Positions 57,853 to 64,000 of a stretch of 64,000 nucleotides of DNA are shown here, in pieces. Source of the DNA: a bacterium (GTDB lineage: Bacteria; Patescibacteriota; Microgenomatia; UBA12405); NCBI GenBank assembly GCA_021817905.1, contig JAKAFM010000002.1, positions 3,807 through 67,806 of the forward strand. Direction: 5' to 3'. Made by a program: the position numbers and the translations under genes. Numbering within the stretch: position 1 is the first letter of the stretch; the number at the start of each line of letters is the position of its first letter. The notes under the pieces were generated by a model. That model saw nothing but the letters and a program-made list of their open reading frames with translations, ran no database searches and had not been told where the DNA came from.

Positions 57853-59061
57853 CTATTGCATGGTAATTTTGTAGGTGATGCGAATACTACGCATCGTATA
57901 GTGATCAGTGAATGGGATATTGTGGCCGTTTTCAAGATAAGGGTCAAGCATTTGGTAATTACCATTAGATCCGCTAATTAGGGTGACGAAATGATCAGCC
58001 ATTGGTCCGTTATCGTAACTTATCCCAACGATAATGGGACGACCAGCGGCCAATTCACCATCAATTGGGGATGGGTCACGACTAAGTGAAGTACCATCAG
58101 CATAAACCGTTCTTTGTAAATATGCCGGAAAATAAGAGGCGAAATTAGCGGGATTACTATTTATCGTAACCGGATTAACATTTCTGTGACCAAAATGGGT
58201 AAAAACCATAGCCACATCTGTTAATAAACAGCCATCACTGGCCAAAGTATAACGCGTGCCATTTAACGGTAAGGCTCCCCACTGTGAATCACGCTGATTG
58301 TAATAACAACCCCATGAGTCACAATTGGTTTGATTGGAAAGCAAAGAGGCACCACCCTGGCTGTCGACGAAACGACCAAAATTGGCTAATTGAGCCTCTG
58401 CAGCAGCTAATAATTTAAGGTAGTTTGATTCGCTTCCCTGTGTTTGAGCGAGAAGATCTTTTTTATTGGCTTCTTGAGCACTTAAGCTCTTGGAAAGCGT
58501 GGTCAATTGTTTTTGAAGGGCATCTTTTTGTTGTTTTTCGTTTTCAAGTTCTTGTTTTTGAGCTTCAAAATCGTTTTGGGTAGTTTGAGCACTGACCATA
58601 AGTTGTTTGTCATGGCTTTGGGCTAGACGAAGATAGGTGAGCTTTTTAACATAGTTTTGCATGGAGTCAGAACTAAAAACAAAATTAAAAGTAGGCATTT
58701 TGCTGGCCTCATAAGTAGCGACAATTCTGGCTAATAAAACTTTGGCCATACTATTGAGTGATACTTCGAGATTGTTGATATTGTTGGTGGTTGTAACAAT
58801 ACTGGCATCGATGGCGATTATTTCTTTTTGTGTAGTTTGGATTTGATATTGAGTTAGTTGTATTTTACTGTTCATTAAGGCAATATCATTACTTAGTGAT
58901 TTTTCTTGACTTTGAAGGTTGCTGATCTGACGTTTGTAAATATCAATTTGATTTTCAATTTCGACTTTTCCAGGATCATCGGTGGGCGTTTGAGCCTTAG
59001 CCTTTTGAATTAAAAATAGGCCACAAAGACAGAATAGTACGATTAGTAAATATTTAGACAC
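57853..59061 (-). CDS. Secreted coiled-coil protein with a C-terminal C39-like/papain-fold cysteine peptidase domain, a paralog of the EnvC-like protein
   Basis: It has a signal peptide and an ~230-aa coiled coil that resembles the one in 22337-23521. The C-terminus is QTNCDSWGCYY...DGCLLTDVAMVF...DHFVTLI. Confidence 0.5.
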   Translation of the reverse strand: MSKYLLIVLFCLCGLFLIQKAKAQTPTDDPGKVEIENQIDIYKRQISNLQSQEKSLSNDIALMNSKIQLTQYQIQTTQKEIIAIDASIVTTTNNINNLEVSLNSMAKVLLARIVATYEASKMPTFNFVFSSDSMQNYVKKLTYLRLAQSHDKQLMVSAQTTQNDFEAQKQELENEKQQKDALQKQLTTLSKSLSAQEANKKDLLAQTQGSESNYLKLLAAAEAQLANFGRFVDSQGGASLLSNQTNCDSWGCYYNQRDSQWGALPLNGTRYTLASDGCLLTDVAMVFTHFGHRNVNPVTINSNPANFASYFPAYLQRTVYADGTSLSRDPSPIDGELAAGRPIIVGISYDNGPMADHFVTLISGSNGNYQMLDPYLENGHNIPFTDHYTMRSIRITYKITMQ

Positions 59062-59085
59062 TCTGTTAATTTTACAGGAGTTCGG

Positions 59086-59550
59086 CTATTTGATACCAAC
59101 AAGTTCGACTTCAAAAATAAGTGTGGCATTGGGAGGGATAAGATTGCCGGCACCTTGGGCTCCATAGGCCATCTCAGGAGGGATAGTTAGACGTCGCTTG
59201 CCACCAACTTGCATACCAATTACCCCTTTGTCCCAACCTTCGATTACCTGGCCAACTCCAATTTGAGTTTCAAAAGGTTGGTGACGGTCATAAGAACTGT
59301 CAAATTTGGTGCCATTTTCAAGGGTTCCAACATAATTAATAATAACAGTATCACCGGATTTAACTGCAGGGCCGGTGCCAATTTTAAGATCTTCAATCTT
59401 GAGTTGAGACATAGGTGGGGTGGGGGTAATTAATAATAGCGGATTGTTATTTAGTTGAGGAGCAGGTTTGGGATTTGATGACAAAAGGCTGTATAACCCA
59501 ATACCTAATAAGGCAATAATGGCAATGGTAAGCAGACTGTTTTTGGACAT
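59086..59550 (-). CDS. FKBP-type peptidyl-prolyl cis-trans isomerase, membrane-anchored/secreted
   Basis: It has an N-terminal TM/signal. GDTVIINYVGTLENGTKFDSS...LIFEVELV is the FKBP fold signature. Confidence 0.85.
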   Translation of the reverse strand: MSKNSLLTIAIIALLGIGLYSLLSSNPKPAPQLNNNPLLLITPTPPMSQLKIEDLKIGTGPAVKSGDTVIINYVGTLENGTKFDSSYDRHQPFETQIGVGQVIEGWDKGVIGMQVGGKRRLTIPPEMAYGAQGAGNLIPPNATLIFEVELVGIK

Positions 59551-59579
59551 AGTCTTACTTTACCATGAGATAATAAATA

Positions 59580-60776
59580 ATGGTTAACCGGTGGATCGTC
59601 TTGGGATTTTTTTGTTCGGCTGTATTGGGATATTTTGGAGGAACTTTGGCTTTGCATTATCTTCCAAAATTAACCTCAAATTCCGAAGCATTATTACAGC
59701 TTGAGGGGATGCGACGGCCGATTATTCAGGGGTATTTGCCCTACTGGTTAATCGATAAATCCGCGACCGATTATTCATCAACCCTTACTGATATTGCTTA
59801 CTTTGGTCTTATCGTTAATGGGGATGGAACCATAGTAACTCAAACAAACCCAAACGAGACTGAGCCGGGTTGGTTGGCTTTATCAAAAGATAATCTAAAA
59901 ACAAAATTGAACAACGCCGAAGCATCGGGGGTCAATCGCTCACTTTTGCTTCAAAGTGGTGACGAGAATGCAATTACAAAATTGATTACAGATCCAGTGG
60001 CACATGCCAAAGTATTAATGTCACAAGTGGAACCAATTATGGATAATCATCGTTTCAAAGATATAACAATAGATATCGAAAGTTCCAGACAAGCCACAGA
60101 GAGTGAACAACAGCAATTTACCTTATTCGTTAAAACACTATCAATGCTGGCTCACGAACATAATCGGGGAAATGTATATATTGATATTCCTGTATATGCG
60201 TACTTAAAGCCAACTATCTACGATCCTGCCCGATTGCCGAGTACGGTTGATTACGTTGTTTTGATGGCCTATGACTATCATTATCGAAGTTCATATGTGG
60301 TAGGTCCGGTAGCGCCGATTGATGGCGGACAAGTTGCTTGGGAAAATGATGTTGATAAAGCGGTTAAAATGGCGTTAACAACCATGAAACCTGAGCAATT
60401 ACTGTTAGGAGTTCCCCTTTATGGTTACGAGTGGGAGACGATGACTGCTACCGCGGGGGCACCCATTATTCCCGCTAGTGGAGTAACAGCCAGTAATCAA
60501 CGCATCAATGATTTATTGCAATCTTGCACCAATTGCACGGTCGACCGCAACCCCTTATCCCAAGAATTAGAAATAGCTTATTTTGACCAAACAACTCAAT
60601 CCTTTCATCAGATTGCGATCGGCGATAAACAAACAATGGAGTCAAAGGTTGCCTTGGCTAAAAAATATAAATTAGCAGGGGTGGCGCTGTGGGCACTTGG
60701 TTACGAAGATAGTCAGTTACTATCCCCTCTGGCTGATTATAAGGATTACCGGTGGATTCTTTATTCTCAGCATTAA
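59580..60776 (+). CDS. GH18-like glycoside hydrolase (YaaH/YdhD-like), membrane-anchored
   Basis: It has an N-terminal TM helix. DITIDIE is the GH18 DxxDxDxE-type catalytic motif, and LMAYDYHY is the M.YD motif. Confidence 0.6.
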   Translation: MVNRWIVLGFFCSAVLGYFGGTLALHYLPKLTSNSEALLQLEGMRRPIIQGYLPYWLIDKSATDYSSTLTDIAYFGLIVNGDGTIVTQTNPNETEPGWLALSKDNLKTKLNNAEASGVNRSLLLQSGDENAITKLITDPVAHAKVLMSQVEPIMDNHRFKDITIDIESSRQATESEQQQFTLFVKTLSMLAHEHNRGNVYIDIPVYAYLKPTIYDPARLPSTVDYVVLMAYDYHYRSSYVVGPVAPIDGGQVAWENDVDKAVKMALTTMKPEQLLLGVPLYGYEWETMTATAGAPIIPASGVTASNQRINDLLQSCTNCTVDRNPLSQELEIAYFDQTTQSFHQIAIGDKQTMESKVALAKKYKLAGVALWALGYEDSQLLSPLADYKDYRWILYSQH

Positions 60777-61402
60777 CGAATAAACCGGTATGTTCGTCTG
60801 ATATCGTCAAAATAGAAACGACGGTCTTCACGTAAAGTAATTAAATGAGTAGTGTTGTTTCTGTCCTCGTAGGCTGCCTGTCCAGATCCGATTAAAAGTA
60901 TGTCATTATCATTTTTAGTGACCTCAAATCGACCAAGAGCTGGCCTAATCAGTAAATGTAAAGTGCGAATAGAGGCAGATGAAGAAGCAATTTGATAGAT
61001 AACTTGACCATCGGTTTGGGTAATAAGAATATTAGGAAGCAAGCTATTGGTTAGACTCAAAGCCGCATTCTGTTCAAGCGTGGCACTTAGCTGCGACATG
61101 AGGGTTAAAGTAACCTGGCTGTTTTGACCGGTTTTTAAGTTTTCGCCCTGTAGCAACGGACTATTATTAACGGCAGAACTGGTGGCAGATGTGTAACGTT
61201 CAGCTTTTATAACATTACCGATTATGTTGGAAATTTGCCCAATCATAGCCTGGGATGGGGGTGGCGGTGATACAAATTGGTAGTCGTTTATGGTGGGGGT
61301 TACAAAGGTAATGGGATGGACCTGATTAGCTCGAAGCGCGAAGGGAATGATAAAAAAAAGACAAAAAACCAAGACGAAGAGTACGATGTACATTACTTTC
61401 AT
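60773..61402 (-). CDS. Hypothetical secreted/membrane-anchored protein
   Basis: 209 aa with an N-terminal hydrophobic segment. No family recognised. Confidence 0.3.
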   Translation of the reverse strand: MKVMYIVLFVLVFCLFFIIPFALRANQVHPITFVTPTINDYQFVSPPPPSQAMIGQISNIIGNVIKAERYTSATSSAVNNSPLLQGENLKTGQNSQVTLTLMSQLSATLEQNAALSLTNSLLPNILITQTDGQVIYQIASSSASIRTLHLLIRPALGRFEVTKNDNDILLIGSGQAAYEDRNNTTHLITLREDRRFYFDDIRRTYRFIR

Positions 61403-61419
61403 ACTCTATTTTACCTTGC

Positions 61420-62622
61420 TTAAATAAGGAAACGACCATCACGGTAGATAGCTATGTTGGTATTGTCAATCAGGGTAGCCACGACTAATCGAGGAGTGGT
61501 GGCGATAATATCGGTGTGGATAACTGATTGGTTAAAACCATGTTTAGTCCATTCAGCGGTTTTCATTTTGGAGATGTTTCCCGTAAAGCTTTCCTGGTAA
61601 GCTGAACCAAGGGCAAGGTGAGTGTTACCATAGTGACCACCGAAATTTTCGTCGTATAGTGTTTCTGCCATATATTTATCGATTCTAGAAAAACGAGTAT
61701 CGGTTAATGAGTATTCTCCAATCTTATTGGCGTTTTTAACATTAATCATTTCTGTCAGGATGTTCTGGCCGACTTTGGCCGTAGCATTGATAACCAAACC
61801 TTTTTTAAATTCAAGAGTTATATCTTTAATAACTTGGCCAGCATAATAAAGAGGCTGATCAAAATAAATGTAACCTTCAGTTCCCCGCCAATCAGGACTA
61901 ATAAAAAGTTCGAAACTGGGAATATTGCGACCGCTACCGCCAAGCCATTGACGATCTGTTCCAAGCTTGATTGTAAGATCTGTATTAACTGCTGTAAGCC
62001 GAAGCGTGGCAATTTTTAGTTTATTTAACTTCAGTTTGAGTCGATCGAGGTCAGTAGTTAAACTTTTCCATTGGGTCACAGGGTCAATAAAATCGAGATA
62101 ACATGCTTTGATGACCTGGCTCCAGCACTCTTCGAGGGTCATTCCAGCCTCTTTAGCCATACTTTCGGTTGGATAAAGACCTAATGTCCAGGTATATTTA
62201 CCATTATTTTCTTTGGTATTAAGCCACTTTTGATAAGGCTTACGAACTGAACGTCTGGTCATAATTTTTTTAGGATCAATACCTTCAAGCTCATGTTTAT
62301 TGGTTTCGGCAATAATGGTAATGGTGTGATCGGCCTGAATGGCACGGCCTTTATAAAAAGCAGTCGGAAAAAATTCGAGTTGATGATTAGATGCATATTC
62401 AAAAAATTGCCGCTCCATTTCATCTGGGACATATTGAATTATCGGGTGAGCCCCCGCCTGAAGAACTGCACGATTGAGAGCAAGTAATAAAAGCTTGGCA
62501 GATTCGGGTACTTGCAAAAAAACAACTTCGTCAGGTTTTATACCATGGCCGCTGTTTAGCGCATAATTTACCAAAACAGCAGCATAACGATCAATATAAA
62601 TTTGTTCGGGTTGATAGGTCAT
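61420..62622 (-). CDS. M29-family aminopeptidase (AmpS/PepS-like)
   Basis: YAAVLVNYALNSGHGIKPDEVVFLQVPESAKLL...AGAHPI and the overall ~400-aa length match thermophilic metalloprotease M29. Confidence 0.7.
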   Translation of the reverse strand: MTYQPEQIYIDRYAAVLVNYALNSGHGIKPDEVVFLQVPESAKLLLLALNRAVLQAGAHPIIQYVPDEMERQFFEYASNHQLEFFPTAFYKGRAIQADHTITIIAETNKHELEGIDPKKIMTRRSVRKPYQKWLNTKENNGKYTWTLGLYPTESMAKEAGMTLEECWSQVIKACYLDFIDPVTQWKSLTTDLDRLKLKLNKLKIATLRLTAVNTDLTIKLGTDRQWLGGSGRNIPSFELFISPDWRGTEGYIYFDQPLYYAGQVIKDITLEFKKGLVINATAKVGQNILTEMINVKNANKIGEYSLTDTRFSRIDKYMAETLYDENFGGHYGNTHLALGSAYQESFTGNISKMKTAEWTKHGFNQSVIHTDIIATTPRLVVATLIDNTNIAIYRDGRFLI

Positions 62623-63752
62623 TTTTGGCGGCTAACGAGAAAGATAGCCCCTAGGCCAGCAAAGGAAAATAGTAAAGAAAACATGCCTCCAGCAATGGGA
62701 ATTTGGGTGAAGGCAGTAATGGCGATCAACCCTAAGGTAAAGGTAATTATTCGCGGTGCCTTGGCGAGAAGTTTGTAACCGACAAAACTAGCAATAACGG
62801 TATCAATCACAAAAGCCATCAAAATCCAGATGAGCATTTCTAATAAAGCTAAGGGAACACCAATAACACTAAAAAGAAGAACTACTAAGGTAATAATTGC
62901 TAGAATTTCAATAACTAATCCCCATTCAAGTACTTTAGAAAGACTTGATGATAAGACATTATTGGTAGCTTCTATAAAACCAGGAAAAAGCCACCAAATA
63001 AACATCCCAAAGATGAGGGTAGTCATAAATTTGGTAATCATCAAAAAAATACCAATTTGATTTATTGCCTGGGAAAATTGCTGGCTGGTAGGAGGGATGT
63101 ATGATTGAAAGTCGATGGTACTTTTTTCAAAACTGACCTTACCATTGACGACTCCGGGAAGTATCTGTTGACTTGGCGTTCGGTAATCCAGGTTACCGGT
63201 AATGTGAGACTGAGAGTCGAGGGTAAAAGTCTGAGCTTCAAAACTGGCGTTACCTCCAATTTTAGCCGCTATATTAAGTGATTCCCCCCATCCTTGGATA
63301 TTTTTTAAAATTGTTCCTGAAATTGTAGCGGTTTGGGCAGCAAAGAGACTCTCACCACTAACGGTTGCGGTGGGGGTAAAATTTAAATCCTGGCCAAAAA
63401 CAGTGCTATTTCTGGCAATTTTTGAGGCAATGGTAATTCGTTGTCCGATAAGTCTAAGATTGCCCTGAGTGGTATTGGTGATGGTAATATCCTGGGCTGC
63501 ACAAATAATATCTCCGGTGACATCGCCAATGATAGTTACTTGTTTTCCGGCACAAATTAAGTCACCATCAACTTTTCCGTCAATTACCAGTTGGTTTCCG
63601 GAAATTAAAAGTGACCCGTTAGTAACAGATTTTGAAGGGATTGTTACGGTGGATCCCGATTTAAACTCGAAGGCATGTACTGGTTTCAATTGAAAGGCAA
63701 GGAGTAGTATGGATACTGTGAGGATAATTGTTATTTTGGTCGAGATTTTCAT
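62619..63752 (-). CDS. Secreted/membrane beta-helix repeat protein (DUF4097/bactofilin-like fold) with C-terminal TM helices
   Basis: It has a signal peptide, repeated G(D/N)xxxxG(K/Q)xVTIxG beta-solenoid-like units, and 4-5 C-terminal TM helices. Confidence 0.4.
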   Translation of the reverse strand: MKISTKITIILTVSILLLAFQLKPVHAFEFKSGSTVTIPSKSVTNGSLLISGNQLVIDGKVDGDLICAGKQVTIIGDVTGDIICAAQDITITNTTQGNLRLIGQRITIASKIARNSTVFGQDLNFTPTATVSGESLFAAQTATISGTILKNIQGWGESLNIAAKIGGNASFEAQTFTLDSQSHITGNLDYRTPSQQILPGVVNGKVSFEKSTIDFQSYIPPTSQQFSQAINQIGIFLMITKFMTTLIFGMFIWWLFPGFIEATNNVLSSSLSKVLEWGLVIEILAIITLVVLLFSVIGVPLALLEMLIWILMAFVIDTVIASFVGYKLLAKAPRIITFTLGLIAITAFTQIPIAGGMFSLLFSFAGLGAIFLVSRQK

Positions 63753-63794
63753 GAAATGATGATATAGTAAAGTAAGTCAAATTACAACAAATAT

Positions 63795-63974
63795 ATGAAC
63801 AATCCACACATGCTTCCCATTGATGAGTTTGCGAAATCCATAGGTCTTAACGAAGAGCAGACTAGATCAGTGAAGCTTTATATTATTGCCCTATTGGTCG
63901 ACAACTTGAAACAAATGAAAGATGAATATAATCAAGAAATAGACCAAGCCATGAAGCAATTTTCGAATTCTTAG
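63795..63974 (+). CDS. Small hypothetical protein (59 aa)
   Basis: The ATG is at 63795 and the TAG at 63972-63974. It is below the 60-aa track cutoff and charged/helical. Confidence 0.2.
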   Translation: MNNPHMLPIDEFAKSIGLNEEQTRSVKLYIIALLVDNLKQMKDEYNQEIDQAMKQFSNS

Positions 63975-64000
63975 ACCGGTGATTGCTTTTTGGTAATAAT

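Noticed and set aside
1-64000. CRISPR arrays, rRNA genes, transposases or integrases, and toxin-antitoxin pairs.
   Set aside because: No regularly spaced direct repeats, no rRNA-like conserved stretches, and no DDE, tyrosine-recombinase, HTH-toxin or other defence or mobile-element motifs were recognised in any ORF.

Overview
This is a low-GC window (roughly mid-30s % GC) with compact, heavily overlapping genes, very few Shine-Dalgarno-like motifs and an archaeal-type TyrRS. That pattern fits a streamlined bacterium, possibly Patescibacteria/CPR-like; this is inference only. The standard genetic code is in use: TGA stops are visible (for example ATGA at 2711-2714) and RF2 (prfB) is present.

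The window has four blocks.

1-21.7 kb is an extraordinary envelope-glycosylation island. It carries at least 8 polytopic GT-C-like membrane glycosyltransferases (ArnT/PMT-like and DUF2029-like paralogs), 7 GT2 enzymes (two of them GtrB/DPM1-like and sitting next to GT-C genes), one GT4 and a Wzx-type flippase.

21.7-39 kb is largely housekeeping. It holds a DUF11 surface protein with a C-terminal VPVTG sorting signal, an ftsE-ftsX-coiled-coil M23 (EnvC-like) module, prfB, a secreted cyclophilin, typA, a minimal ogt, HIT, secA, serS, a LysRS fused to a C-terminal EMAP/Myf tRNA-binding domain, and greA.

39-51 kb holds a sortase, a short Rel (HD-Synth-TGS), archaeal-type TyrRS, a SAM methyltransferase and uvrC-uvrA ... 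uvrB. The uvrA/uvrB pair is split by a small module of three uncharacterised proteins: one Cys4, one with a Rho_N-like helix, one unclassified.

51-64 kb holds a C-terminally truncated comM and a dprA remnant (decayed competence genes) flanking three small membrane ORFs. It also holds a 549-aa protein with a C-terminal PNP/AMP-nucleosidase-like domain, tRNA-Glu(CUC), an HD hydrolase, ssb, a second coiled-coil peptidase paralog (C39-like), FKBP, a GH18-like hydrolase, an M29 aminopeptidase and a beta-helix membrane protein.

Two things in the non-coding sequence stand out. Many genes have a -10 hexamer only 6-7 nt upstream of the start codon, which would give leaderless mRNAs. The greA-sortase intergenic region contains a near-consensus promoter plus an intrinsic terminator that would delimit a ~175-nt candidate sRNA, analogous to the E. 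coli greA-leader sRNA (GraL).

No CRISPR array, rRNA, transposase or integrase was seen.

The ORF track uses TTG/GTG as 'M' in places, so several starts were re-picked.
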